Shown: positions 1 to 13,034 of the stretch, piece by piece
How positions within the stretch are numbered: position 1 is the first letter of the stretch
Layout of the letters: each line of letters begins with the position of its first letter
Origin: Lama glama
Taxonomy: Eukaryota
NCBI GenBank assembly: GCA_028534125.1
Contig: CM052819.1
Coordinates: 2,542,001-2,606,000, forward strand
Reading direction: 5' to 3'
DNA length: 64,000 bases
Notes under the pieces: generated by a model
What the model was told of the DNA's origin: nothing
The model's database searches: none
What the model saw: the letters and a program-made list of their open reading frames with translations, nothing else
Position numbers and translations under genes: made by a program

Positions 1-499
1 CACGCCGAGAAGCTCACCGTGAAAGGAGGGAAGTGGATAAATAAATAAGGATGAGTAGAAAGAAGCCATAATGGGCTGATGCACAGAGAATCGTGGGAAC
101 GCAGACGGCGAATCTTTCACCCCAAAGGAGTCTGAAAGGCTTCCTGGAGGAGGTGACCTGTAAACTGACCCCTGAAGGCTGCCTACACCATCTGCAAAGA
201 GGAAGAGAAACCCACACACCCAGGGGTACCATCCGTCCAGAAGAGGTCACTTCTCCTTTTGCCTTTGAGAGGTTGATGCTACTAAAAGGGATGGAGGAGG
301 GGGTCACTGTCCACTGATTTGGGGGACACTCCGAAGTGTACCAGAGGGAAAAGCAAGTCTGAAGCTTGTGCAGGGGAAATGGGTGAATCACAACATCCAG
401 ACCATCACTAGATGAAAATTAGAATCTGTTTCCACTTAACTGGATGCTAGTCACACCTGTACATCACAGTGTTGAGATGTGAAGAAAGAAAGGTCTATC

Positions 500-665
500 C
501 AGTGGTGTGCTGGCCAAGGCTTACAACAGGCTCTCCAGGGGGAAAAGCCCTAATTTCTAGCATTTGCCAATTTCAACGGTGTCATACTTCCGCCACGGCC
601 AATTTCAAGCTACCGATGCGACTGAATCTGACCCTGCACGAGCAGTTTGGAGTTGGCTTGGTGGG
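500..665 (+). mobile_element. MER63-like hAT-Blackjack DNA transposon fragment
   Basis: Starts CAGTGGTGTGCTGG; contains GGCTCTCCAGGGGGAAAAGCCCT and GGCCAATTTCAAGCTACC as in recalled MER63. Confidence 0.7.
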
Positions 666-1190
666 CCGGGGCATAACCTGGGCCCATCACAGGTGGTGAA
701 AACCCTATTTCATTCCCCAGGATTCCAGGGGAAACGCCAACACATTCCTGAAGTGTGTGTTTGTGTCAGGGAGGACCCGAAACTAATATCACCCAACAGA
801 TCAACACACAAAACTAAGAGGTCAAGAGGGAAAAAGTATAAACATCTGTGGAAGAAATAAAATCGACAAATAAACCTTATGGAAACCAATCTGCATATCC
901 AGGAAAAGTTTCCAAATAAATCTGAGTCTTTCCCATTCTAACTTCTTAACCCGGAAAATTGACCTCTTTTTGAAATAAAAAGACAACTGTGCCCTTACTT
1001 TAGTCTGTAACCATGTGCCCCCACCCCCTCCAAAGACATTTTATATGGCAGGTATTCACTCCAGGTCACATTTTAAAATTTCAGTATTTTAAAGGCAGAA
1101 GAAAGACAAGTCAGTGGGGGTGCTCTCCCCTCAGGTTCACACGACCACACAAACATCTGGTGAAAGCAGCGTCTACACCGCTCTTTCAGA

Positions 1191-1375
1191 CACTGGTTCT
1201 TAAAACTGAGGGAGCTTCAGAACCCCCCAGAGGGCTTGTTAACACCCAGACGGCTGGGCCCACCTCCAGGGCTTCCGATTCCGCAGCCCCAGGGTGGGGC
1301 CCGGGAATCTGCATTTCTAGCTGCTCCCTCCCCAGGTCCTGCTGCTGGTCCTGGGACCACACTTGGAGAACCACC
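1191..1375 (-). mobile_element. MER5A hAT-Charlie MITE
   Basis: Degenerate terminal inverted repeats CACTGGTTCT...GAGAACCACC; core GGGGCCCGGGAATCTGCATTTCTA. Confidence 0.8.
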
Positions 1376-2958
1376 TTCTTAGATGATTCTCGATCACTGC
1401 CATGAAGTCATGCTTCCTGTGGAAACCACAAAGCCCACCTTCTACAGCCATTTTACTGTGCAGACAGCAAGGGACTGGACACACGTCCCCGTGGCCTGCC
1501 CGTTGCGTGTGCAAGAAACCACGTTTCTGGTGTTGCTGATGCAGCCGCGGGTCACAGGACAAACTGCACACCATGGCAGGTGGGGGCAGGGCAGCAGGCA
1601 CAGGCCTGCACAGATGACCTTTTGTGTCCCATCACTGCGGCCACCCTCCACCAGCCACTGCGGGCAGGTGAACGGACCACCCCCATCTCACAGCTGAGGA
1701 ATTTAGGGTCCCTTGACTCTGCCTTTTGACAGTACCTCACTTCTTCCGCACCCCATTTCCAGTTAGAGGACCAGGATCGGGGGGTGCGAATCAGGTCACC
1801 ACCTCCTGACTGTCCTTACTGCGCATGCCTGAGGGACTCCTGGCCCCTAACTTAACTGGCCCCAGATGCTGTGATGTTTGCAACTCCTGTTTCAGAGTTT
1901 TTTTGTGTACTCTGTTCTGTCTCATTTGCAAGCAGCTCTTTCCCATCCCTGCTCAGATGCAGACTGCACCCAACAGCCCTGCTCCCCACTTTAGGCCTGC
2001 TGGGAACGGTGTCTGTGGGGTGCCCCCCGGCCTGAGGTGAGGGCCTGGTCGCAGGCTGCAAGGATGTGGGAGCATCCGCTGTCTGGTGGGTCCCAGCGCC
2101 CCACCCTCTCCACAAAGAGCTGCGTCCTCATCTGTCTCCCTTGGGCACAGAGACTGGGGTCCAGCAGGGCCCCTCGGAGCGACACCAGCTCTGTGTTTCT
2201 CCCAGGGCTTCCTCAAGAACCTACAGCCTTCCAACGGCTGCTCCATTTACCTCCCAGATGCCGGGTGGACAAAAGACTAGTCTAACAAGTCCACGTGTCC
2301 ACAGCTGGAGAAATGCACTTCAACGCACACTGGCAAACCTTGGAAAGAAATCGGCCCTTCCCAAATCCCAGCAGAACGTCACACAGTTTGAGGAATTCCT
2401 CCACCCACAGCAATTAGGTGGCCTTGCGGATCAACACTTCTTAAAGACATCCTTCAGCACTTAATGGGTCGGGGACCTAACCCCTCCATGCCTCAGTTTC
2501 CTCATCTATAAAATGGGGGCGCTTACTTATCGGCCCATCGGGAAGGGGAAAAGCCCACGTGCAGGCAGACTTTTTCTCAGGATGCCTGGCAGGGGTGCCG
2601 TGGTGTCTAGCTCCAATAACAATGCTGCTTTTGTGATTACGGAGGCCACAAACTATGTGTCTGCCTCGCTTGTGTCCCTCAGAGCTTTTAAATGAACAAA
2701 AGAAGAATCTTTCTACACAATGGTCTGGCACACACAGTGTGTTTTTTCCCCTACAGAAAGGGAAAAGTGGGGTTCACTCCCCGACTTGGCAGGGGTGGGG
2801 TTGACACAGGAGGGGCGGGAAGGATGAGAGGGGTCCTCGCAGGGTCTAGGGAGGTCGGGGGAAAGCCACGTTCAACAGCAGCCAGGCTCAGAGGGAAGAA
2901 GACGATAAAACAATCACTGTCCAAACAAGAGCGGCCCGGCCGCCAGTCCCACACTTAC

Positions 2959-3074
2959 TTCCAGGACCGTCCACTGTTCCACAACAATAGCATCGTAGCC
3001 CTGCACGGCTCTGCTATCTTCTGCGGAAACAGCTTCAAAGATGAATACTCCATCTGTCAAGCCGTGTAAGGAAT
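2959..3074 (-). CDS. RFTN1: Raftlin coding exon (~exon 7), 116 bp, phase 1 to 0
   Basis: Encodes (D)SLHGLTDGVFIFEAVSAEDSRAVQGYDAIVVEQWTVLE; acceptor cttttttccacag|AT, donor GAA|gtaagt. Confidence 0.97.
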
Positions 3075-3969
3075 CTGTGGAAAAAAGAAAAGGCGGGAGG
3101 GAGGGGGAGGGAGAATTCTGTAAACCGTCTGTGGCCTTACAAGAAGCAAAAATGTTCACTGCATTCATTAATAATCCCAATCAGAACATCTTTTCAGCAT
3201 GTTAATTAAAGAAGGCACACACAGCCATAGAGTCTAGCCCCATCAGAATGAATGAGACTAATTTACCTCGCAGCTCTGAATAATATCCTTGATTTCATGA
3301 GCCCAAATTTCATTGTTAGCAATCACCATTCGATTTCACGCGGCTACCTTCCTTTTTCACGCTCCGACGTCAGGATACACACGGGGGGAACTTATTCAGG
3401 GTAAAACGCAGCCATGGAGAGACAGTTTTTAGAGGAAGACTGTGTTGAGGTGAGAGAAATCATTTTTAAGGGGGGACAGATGTCATGCAGCAGATCTGGG
3501 CTCCCAGATGCAGTCCAGATGTGCTGATCCCCCGATGTCTGGGGGACGTGGGTCTGTAACACAGAACTTTAGGCAGCTCTTGTCAGGAGGTGAAATCTGG
3601 GGAAAAGGTTTCCCTGGACATTGCTATTGTGAACGATAAGGTTCTGAGTTTTGTACAATTCAACAGAACCGTCTCAGGCAATGAGGGTATCAAGAAAAAT
3701 ACAAGAGGGTCCTTGCCCCTGAAGAAGACTTTAAAGGAGACACTTTTTTTGTTTGTTTGTTTAATGGCTCCTACTAAATCCCCTAGATTCATTAGATAAG
3801 AGATTGTGGGAAAGAGGCCTGGATTCGGAAGCAGGTGCTTTGGGCCCATGCTCTACCCGAAAAGGGATGTGCCCCTCTCAGGGGCTCGGGCTGCTATCTG
3901 TGAAAGGGGACTGTGGATAGACAATCCCTCCCGGCCCCTAGACTGTTTTCTACAAATCGCCAGTCACAC

Positions 3970-4995
3970 TGTTCTGGCCTTAACTATGTCCCAACCCCAC
4001 CACCCTCAACTCAAACGTGGAGGCTCTAACCTCTGAAGTGACTATGAGACCAGAAGAGGGCAGGACACAGCCTTTCAAGGAATGCTACAGCAATTAACAT
4101 CAAAATGGTGAAAGATTCAACCCCCAGGAGGCCTTGAGGCTCAAGATGATGGGAGATTTAACTTCTAGTAGGCCTTGAGCTTCATTATATGCTTATTGTA
4201 ATATGTTAGCATGATGAAAACATGCCTACACCTGCCATGGCAGTCCCAAGGCTAGCCACAAATGGTCAAAGAGTGAGAAATGGCCAACTGCCTGGGAATC
4301 CCAGCCCCTTCCCCAGGCTAGTTAGACTGGTCCTTCTACTTACTTGCATATGAAGCCACCAAGCCCATAAAAATGGGCAACTCTGCCCCTCACGGCCACC
4401 GCCTCCCCCCACCCCCATTTGGAGACAGCCCACACTGTCTATGGAGTGTGTACCTACTTTTAATCTGAGCACCCAACGCCCACACCTCGTGGCCTTTCTC
4501 TTGCCTTCCAATGTATCTCTCTGAATAAATCTACCTTCACTCAACTGTGGCTCGCTCCTGAATTCTTTCTGGCGTGAAGCCAATGACCCTCACTTGGCGG
4601 GGCACATCGCAGGGGCTCAACTGAAGCCTGGGACACGGCCCTTCTCACGCCCCATATCCGTTTTTCCTGCATCAACTACATTTGGAGATAGGGCCTTTCG
4701 GAGGGTAATTAAGGTTCAGTGATGTCATGAGGGTGGGCCCAGGACCAACAGAACTGATGTCCTTAAAAGAAGAGGAAGAGACACCAGGGCACCCCCAACC
4801 AGTCCCCATCCCTGACCTCGCACAAAAGAAAGGCCATGTGAGGACGCAGAGAAGGTGGCAGTCTGCAAGCAAGGAAATGAGGCCTCCCCCAAAACCGAAC
4901 TTGCAAGCACCCTGATCACAGACGTCCAGCCTCCTGAACCACAAGAAAATAAATGTCTCATGTAAGTCACCCTATCCGTGGTGTTTTGTGATGGG
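3970..4995 (+). mobile_element. MLT1A/B-type MaLR solo LTR, split by an ERV1 LTR at 4045-4674
   Basis: GTGACTA before the insert rejoins CATTTGGAGATAGGGCCTTT after it, as in the MLT1 consensus. Confidence 0.8.
4045..4674 (+). mobile_element. ERV1 (MER41-like) solo LTR, 630 bp
   Basis: TG...CA termini, 4-bp target-site duplication (TSD) ACTA at 4041-4044 and 4675-4678, TATA-like CATAAAAA 4366-4373, AATAAA 4524-4529; homologous to the LTR at 43587. Confidence 0.85.
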
Positions 4996-5220
4996 ACATG
5001 ATTAAGGAAGTACTATTTTTATTTTAAAAGACCAATTCGCACAACAATGTGATCTTTTCTTTATCAGGAATAGAAAGGTGACCAATTCAGAAAGCCCCTT
5101 GAGTCATGCCGGAGTTCAGGAACTGTCCCCATTTTCCAGAAGTCACTAAGAAAAAGACCAACAGATAAAAACCCACAGCGGTCCTTAGCTTGTCTTCCAA
5201 AAGACCTCATAAGCCAGTAA

Positions 5221-5282
5221 AGTGCATGCTTAGCATGCACGAGGTCCTGGGTTCAATCCCCAGTACCTCCATTAAAAAAAAA
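5221..5282 (+). mobile_element. Vic-1-like tRNA-Ala SINE, 5' truncated
   Basis: GCTTAGCATGCACGAGGTCCTGGGTTCAATCCCCAGTACCTCCATT plus A tail. Confidence 0.88.

Positions 5283-5318
<36 letters not shown>
5283..5318. repeat. (TG)n(TA)n microsatellite in the SINE tail
   Basis: Directly visible. Confidence 0.95.
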
Positions 5319-5321
<3 letters not shown>

Positions 5322-5348
5322 TAATATCAGTAATATATATATTAGCAG

Positions 5349-5474
5349 AGCTGCCTCAGTGGAGCCGTTCTTGCCAACCCACAAATAGGCAAGAATAAAT
5401 TATTACTGTTTTAAGCCAATGAGCTCTAGAGTGGTTTGTTACACAGCACGACTGTGGCAGTAGCTGGCTGATAC
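5349..5474 (+). mobile_element. MLT1 (MaLR) LTR 3' fragment
   Basis: TGTTTTAAGCCA...GTGGTTTGTTACACAGCA...GCTGATACA terminus. Confidence 0.65.
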
Positions 5475-8049
5475 AACGTCCAACCCAAACCTAAGAAACA
5501 TGAGATCAGTGAACTTTGCTTTAGCCTCAGGATATTCCTGATCATTGCAGATCTGATCAATTCAGAATAACAGAGGGGCCTGACCAGCTTGACAAACCAC
5601 GGCTGTGAGCAGAATTCCTGGAGCACAGTAGTCCCACCCTGATATTACTCCTCCCCGACCAGACGACACTCCACTTCAAGTTAGATCCCTGTGGGTTAAT
5701 CACTATCATGCTCCATTTAAAAATTTGTTTCCTATATGGAGAGTCTGTTATGAAACAGCCTTTGCAAAAGTACTAAGCTGGCCTCTCTCGTCTACTCGGC
5801 TAGAAAGTTTCCCCCAGCTGTCTGTGCAATGCTCTCCTAAGACATTTTACGTAGGTGACCAGGGAAGAAGAAACTTCTCTTTGGCTGAGTCACATTACAC
5901 ATATCTTGGGGTCCAGGACAAGCATGGACCCTAGTCCAGCTCACATTCAAAGTTCTGGGTGACACAGGACCGACTGGAGTGAGTCTGCCACCGTAGGAAT
6001 GCCCTCTGGAACCCCTCTGAATAAAGCTTTCCCAAGTCCTGACCTGGGATGCCTGGGACCCGAAGATACTCACTGATTCCTTCAGTATTATATCAACACA
6101 GCACAAATTTCTTCAAGGCTTTTACAAAAACATGTTATACCCAATTTCCAAATCTATCTATAGCTCTTCTTAATGGAAAGCCTCCAAGCCCTTTAAATGT
6201 GCCGACCACATGCTCTAAGTATCAGCAAGCCCAACCTGACGTGCGTATCAGCACTCAGCAGAAGAGCTGAGGTCCAGAACGGCGGAGAAGACGATGATAT
6301 AGCCCATCCGGACTTCCCTTCCAGCCCTCCGCCTGGCATCCCTTCCTTTCCCTGTCCCCCTCCCCTGTGAGTCACAGGCCCAGGGGGAGGGCTGCGTGGT
6401 CCAGGCTCGGGGATGTGAAGTAGGAACAAACCAGGTCCTAATTTACCATCCTCCTCCCTCAGAGCCTGCCTCCAGCCCCTCAGCCCACGGCTCTGTTACT
6501 CTGAATCCAGAGTGCTGATTCACCCACTTAACTGCCGAGCCAGTTCAGAAGGGCTGTCAAAACCTGGTCATCTGCAACAGCAAAAATAGTCCATGAACCA
6601 CAGAGAGCAGACAGCCAGGCTTTTAAAGAGCCCCTTGTTTTGACGGTCTTGTCCACTACCCGTCTCCTCACCACCTTCTGGGGTCAGGCCCACTGTAATG
6701 TCCTCCGAGCCGGTATGAATACCATCGGAGAGAGCAGCTCCCTGTGCAAAAAGGTGAACTCACTCTCCATCCATGGAAAACACTCATTATCACTGCATTT
6801 TTTATGAAGGGAAAGATGCTCCCCTACTGTGCACAGAAAGCTATTTGCCCTGGCATTGTATAAATATTTGATGCAGGGCTTTTGGCAAAAGGCCACCTTA
6901 ACTTTCTGAGCTTCTGAGTTACAAGAAGCATGTGGGAAAAGGCAGTCTGTCCCGTTATCCCAAGAGGTAACTTCCGTGGGGCAACCGCAGCCCCTGGCAC
7001 AGGGAGATTCCATCTAGCAAGCTGGCCTTCAGACTCACCCTAGGTGAGCTGCTCTTTTTCCCAAGTCCAACCTGAAACTCTCACGCCATGACAAGTGGTC
7101 GCTGTGTGTGGTCTGTCTTAAAATGCTACTGTTCTTTCACAAAGCTAGCATGGTCTAAATTGCCCCGGCTGGGCGTCGCTGGAATAACACATGCCCTTGG
7201 CTCCTGAACACCCTTTTCCCCCACCAGCACGGTGCTCACCCCACTCCCTGGGTTCCAGCATTGGTGTGCACCAGCCGTGATCCTACATTTTATTACACAG
7301 ACATGCAACCGCATTGCGAAGGCAATTGACCAACCAGGGTGATGAGGCCGTGTGTCTCCCCCAACAAGTCACGGCTAATCTGCCAAAAGAAGGGAGCAGG
7401 CTTGCTGCCCCTCCCGATTCTGCAGCCCTCACGGCTGCTCCTGGCCTGCCCTCCCTCCTGCACTCCTTGTTTGACATGGTGAATAAGCCAGAGGAGGTGA
7501 TATTCCGCTCCAATCCCAGTAAAGGTTCGCCTGCAAATTCAGTGTCATTTAATCCACCAGGTGGGGAGGACACGCCCCGATTTGGTGCTTGCTGGCTACG
7601 AGGCCCACGGCCAGGCATGGTTCGTGGCTTCTCATCGCATCCTCCCCCCAGTTCTGCAAAGGTTATCGTTCCCCCTTAGTGGGTGAGAAAATGCCAGTCA
7701 CAGGAGTGAAATCACATGTCCACGTTCAAGTGAACACCACGGCCAATCTCCATCTGAAATGTGGTTTCTTTGGTTGCAAAGCCTACTTTCTTTTAATAGC
7801 TGAGTATGTTCTTTCAACAGCTGAGAGAGATTTTATCAAATCACCACAACAACGGGCCCGGCGATGAGCAGCCCAGGTGCCCAGCCTGGTGGAGGCGGTG
7901 TGCTCTGAACACTGGGCAGTACTTCCTGCCTTTGTGGTTTGTATGGCATCTTAGTGGAGTTGCAGTGAGGTGGCCTTGTGGCTTCTGTTTGGGGTCAAGT
8001 CTGTGCAGATGCCATGCCTTCCTGCATGGGGCCCCAAAAGAACAGTTAC

Positions 8050-8430
8050 GCGTGTAAACGGATAAGCCATGCATATCACACAAGGAATGGTATAGAGCCG
8101 TGAGGAAGAACGATCCACAATGACATGGGAAAAGGTGGATGAATATTACAAAGAGAATGAGGGGGAAAAAGCCAAATACAAGAAATGCAGGCTCCACTCA
8201 CATAAAGTTCACGCCTTAATTATGATGCTCTGGGTCAGCGCTGCGGTCGCCTTCGGGGAGAGAGACAGTGAGGGCTGTGAGAGTGACTCTGATGGGGCTG
8301 GCGTGTTCTGTTTCTCAATCTGTTGCTGGTTGCACAGGTGTGCCTACCTTGTGAAAATCCACTGAGCTGTGTACCCTTAGGATCCGCATAGGTTTCTGAA
8401 TGTGCACTAGATCACAGGCAAGAGCTGACT
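8050..8430 (+). mobile_element. Old L1M (L1MC/L1ME) 3' fragment
   Basis: TTGTGAAAATCCACTGAGCTGTGTAC motif of old L1 3' UTRs. Confidence 0.6.
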
Positions 8431-9012
8431 TAAAGACGTGCCACGGACAGAAGAGAAAATGATTTAACTGCCTAAGTGAAATCTACCCCCTACATTAATT
8501 ACTAAGTGGTTTCTCTGAAATAGAAGCCACGCCTATCTCCACTGGGCCAATGTGCCTGGAGACCACTGTGTGCCAAGGTTGTGGCCGTGAACCGCCTGGA
8601 ACCTCATTCTCCCCTGCTCCCCCAATCTGCAGGGGCCTGGTGCTGCACACCCCAACACCAGCTTCCCCTCCCTCACTATGGCATTACTGAGCATCATCCG
8701 GAAACCTTTACTGGGTGCCTTCTGTATACAGCGCACTTCTGTGTACAGGCACTGGGACACTAACAGGTACAGGCAGCAGGCCCTGCCCGAGGGTTTGCAA
8801 ATATGTCTGCATAAAATATGTGTCCTATGTGTACTTATTTGAGCGATGTGCATGGCTTCTACATATGTATTCTGCAAATAAAGATACTTTCATTTACACT
8901 ACGCATCAAAAAAGGTGGTATAAATACCAAACGGTATTTGGATTTACATGCAGCTGGGACATCAGAGAGAGTCTTAAGGGAAACCTAATCTTTACAAAGG
9001 TAGGCAAGGAGT

Positions 9013-9099
9013 GGGGAGGGTATAGCTTAGGGGTAGAGTGTGTGCTTAGCACGCACGAGGTCCTGGGTTCAATCCCCAGCACCTCCATTAAAAAAAAAA
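9013..9099 (+). mobile_element. Vic-1-like SINE, short-tail form
   Basis: Full tRNA-Ala-like head plus A tail; TSD AAAGGTAGGCAA on both sides. Confidence 0.92.
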
Positions 9100-9109
9100 G
9101 GTAGGCAAA

Positions 9110-9430
9110 GAGAGACACCCAGGTACACGTGTCTCCTGATGGGACCCAGCACGTGCAACACAGCATCTTCTGGAAGGTATTCTAGTCCTAAGTGCTGAAC
9201 GTATCAAAGCCTTAGAACTCAATTCCAGTCTATAGGAGACAGAGGCTGGAGAAATACGCCAACCTGGGGAGGCACTGACCAGACAAGCCCAGAATGCAGG
9301 ACACTCTGCAGATAAGAGGTGAGGTTGATTTCAAGCAGAAGAATGAATGACTCTTGTAGATAAAAGAGAAGGGAGGATATGGTTGCCCCACGCAGTGCCT
9401 ATTGCTGGGTTGGATTCTGGTTTGGACAAC
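9110..9430 (+). mobile_element. Old L1 (L1ME4/L1MC5-like) 3' fragment
   Basis: AAAGCCTTAGAACTCAATTCCAGTCTATAGGAG and CCCAGAATGCAGGACACTCTGCAG resemble the recalled consensus. Confidence 0.45.
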
Positions 9431-11653
9431 TTGCTGCAAAGGACATCTGTGAAACAGCGGAGAACATCTGAACATGGGCTGAGGAGAGACGGTACTGCCG
9501 GAGGCGGGAGGATTCCTGTGCTAGGAGAAGGGGAGGGCGGGCTGGGGTGGGGTCCGGACAGGGCCAAGGACAGAGCCAGGTGGGGGCACGAAGGCAGAAC
9601 AAGAGGAAGGCAGGGCAAGGACGGGCCCAGGGGACAAAGGGAGGTGAGCGCAGGGCCAGGGGGGCCAGTAGTGGCCGCAGGGACCCTACAGGCCCAGAAG
9701 CCCCCCGAGGTGGGTCTTTAGAAGGTGGGCAGCCAGCTCTGCCTTATCCTCACCGACTCCTGGTACTGTCCAACCCTCAGCAGCAGCAGAGGGTCCCCTG
9801 CCCGGCCGCAGATCCTGGCCTCCATCTCACTGGCTGCAGAGTGTCTGTGGGTCCGTCCGTCCTGCTGTCTGACCACCGCCTGGGCTCATTTGCCCGGGGC
9901 CCGAGACTTCCCTAAGGGTGACCCTGCACCCCACCTCCCTGAGGGCCGCCAGGGACCAGCCCCCTCTACTGGCCTGGCTACCTCTCTTCTCTCCTCCTCA
10001 CGCCCCCTCTCCCCACTCACATCCTCTTCCTTCTGACCACTCTTGCCCCTTGCTAGCTGGGACCCGTGGCCATGATGTAATTGTTCTGGGCCTCAGTGTC
10101 CACGGCTGGGACACAGGCAGGACCACTGCACCTACTTTACTGGGTTGTCGGACCAGATGGTTGCTCAGTGGGAGCCGCTGAGACCCGCACAGGAGCTGCT
10201 CCTCACGTGATGCCCCGTCATCTCTGCCCCAGGACCCAAGGGCCGGCCTCCCCACCAGGACCCCTGGTCCCTCTGAAGGGAGGAGCCCCCTGGGGGGCCC
10301 ATCAGCAGAGGCCCTTCCAGGCCCTGAGAGGTCAAGACTGAAAATAGAAGATGGAGCCTTTCCTGGATGCTCCAGGCTAACCATCACCTTGTTTATGGGA
10401 TAAAGTTCTCGTGCGTTTTACGACCCCGTGGAAAACAGGCTGAAGCACAAATGTCTCTTTAAGAGTCAAGACGGGTGCTTTTCCAGATGGCAAACAGCTG
10501 AAAGATGTGCTTCCCAGCTCTGCCAGGTTGATCTGTAAGGACATTCATTATCTTACTCAAAATAGGTTCCTTTTATAATGATGATTAGCTGCCTTTTTTT
10601 TTTTTTTTAATTCTGGGAAAAGAACATATGCATCCCTGGCCTACGGAAACCGGCTTTTCCAGAGCAGAGACACCTTAACTCTGTAAGCCTTCCTGCCAGA
10701 CTGCGCTCTCCCGCCCATCGGAAACAGGAGGGCAAAATCGTGTTTGAGTTCTGAGTGGGTTTAAATGCATTTCGTTTCGAGAAATTGGCAGCCGTGCCCG
10801 GGGCCCGGGGTGTGGGAGGCCCTGCAGTGGGGACGTCCCAGCCTGAGCGCCGGCTTCACAGCTGCACATGCCAGGGGAAATTTCATGTTCTGTCTTCAAG
10901 GCAGGAAGGCTGGGTTTCATGCAGCTCAAGCCCAGGGAGGGGAGAACAGCATTTCCAACACTCCAGTCGAGGTGGAAGAAAAACTGCATAAATTATCTGT
11001 GTTTGGGGGACTCAGGGTTGGAGAATGGGGTGGGGGGAGGGGAGGAGGCGATAACACAGCCTTGAATGCCAAAGCTGTAAGGGCCAGAGAGACAATGCAG
11101 GGCAGTGTGAAATTTCAGGTTCAAGGTGTCCTCCCCTCGGGCTCAGCTGGCCCCTGACACACAGCCAGAAGGAGCCAAAGAGAAAACTTTGCTTTTGAAG
11201 CCCCAATTCTCCCACGGCAGGGAGTGCCTGGGTACGCTGCCGGGGGCCCCTCCCTGCTCGGCTCTAAGATGTTAGTATAACTAACCTTCAGGTTCCCAGA
11301 GACATAGTTAAAACCTCACACGGTCACACGGAGCCTCTCCAGACCCATAAAAGTGGATGTTGTTGCACAACCTGGAATGGACGATGGGGTGTCCCTGCAG
11401 GGAGCAGGAGGTACAGGGTTCCTCACTGCACCCCCCCACCCCCCGTCAATGAGCAAGGGCTGTAAACAGCTGCTCCAAGGACATGCCTGGCGTCTGACGG
11501 TGCACCTCCAACAGGAGATCCAACAACCCCGGGCTTCAGGGAACCCTGTGGGCACGAGGGAAGGCCTCCCTGCACCAAGGGAGGTTACGGACCTTGCCGC
11601 CAAGAACAGAATCACCTCTTCCTTGGTTGTATCAATGAAAATACCTTTTACAA

Positions 11654-11858
11654 CTGCACTGTCCCATACACGAGCCAGTCATCTCCCGTGGCTACTGAAA
11701 TTTAAATGAACGTTAAATAAATTAGAAATTAAGCTCCCCCATTGGACTAGCCACATCTCCAATGGCCAGCAGCCACTGGTGGCTGGCAGCTACCATACTG
11801 GATGGCACAGATACAGAACATTCTCATGGTGATGGCGAGTTCTACTGGATTGCGCTGC
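11654..11858 (-). mobile_element. MER3 hAT-Charlie MITE
   Basis: CTGCACTGTCC start, CTAGCCACAT, GCACAGATACAGAACATT. Confidence 0.75.
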
Positions 11859-13034
11859 TCAAGGTGTATTAACGAGCCCACCACCTTTCCTGGGTCACTC
11901 ATCCGTCCCGCAGTCGGTCTGGTCGTGGCCCACTAGACTACTCAACGCCTGCTGTTACTCTACAAACACGCTGACAGTCGACACCGATATGCAGAGTGTG
12001 ACAAGGGACGTGCACTGCACAAGACGTGTTTGTCCTGTACAACGTTCTACGGTCTGGGATGATTTCGTGTATGTACGTTCAGAATTTAGACCTGTGTCTC
12101 TTCTAAGGGTATCTGCCAGCACGTCAAGGATGGCAAACAAAACAGAATCCAAACACTGTTCCTGACTCTGCTAATTTTCAGAGAGGAAGCTGCTCAATAG
12201 CCAAGGCGCAGGGCTGGCGGTGCCCCTGCCAGGTCTCCCCGGGATCAACGAGTTTGGTGTGACTTTAGTTGCACTGACTTCGGAATCCTGCTGACTGGCA
12301 GCCCCCAGGAGTCACACATGCTGGCATGTGGGTCCCACTCCCCAGACTGTCTCCCAGCTCTGACGCCTCCCTGGTGACCCGACTTGCCTTCATGTTAACC
12401 CAAAAACCCTCTCGCGGCTCAACACGTCTCCCCACTCGGGGCAAACTCTCTCTGCCTTAGAAAAGCTGGCACCAACAGTGCCATCCACACAGCAAACCTG
12501 CAGAGAGAACCCATTCCAGGGGAGGGGTATGGGGGCCGTGAGACCCAGGGGCGCAGCGTGTGTCCCCACGGAGCTGATAGAAGCCAGGCTGTTCAATTCA
12601 CTTCGCTGTCAATTCCAAGGTGCCGCTCCTGCTAATTCACATGTAATCCTGTCTAGAAACAATTCACACTTTTGGAGCGGAAGGAGCCTAGGGGGTAATT
12701 AACAAATCCTGGGAACAATCTTTTTAAAAGGCTTTAAAAGCAACAGATTGAGGTCACCACCAGTGAAACAGAATCACTCCTGCCTCTGTCATTTTAGCAT
12801 CTACCTGGCCGACGCCAAGAGGGGTCTGCAGAGCACAGGCGGTGGGCTTTCTGGGAGATTCCTCGGGGTGTGTTAATTACAAGTCAGATGCAGCGCGTTC
12901 ATCGACTGCAGAGCTTTCTGAGCGGGGCGGGCTCTGAAGTGGGGCTGAGGTGACCAGAGTGAGGGGCAGAGCTCCTCAGGGCTGCCCAGGGGGTTGGGGG
13001 TGGGGTGGGGTGGGGTGCGCTGCGCCTCCCGTAC

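Noticed and set aside
1-2958. Exons of the neighbouring OXNAD1 gene or the next RFTN1 exon
   Set aside because: No ORF here resembles either protein; they presumably lie outside the window
9013-9088. tRNA-Ala(AGC) gene call (also the other 13 similar copies)
   Set aside because: The extra 5' bases, A tails, TSDs and dispersed diverged copies identify them as SINEs
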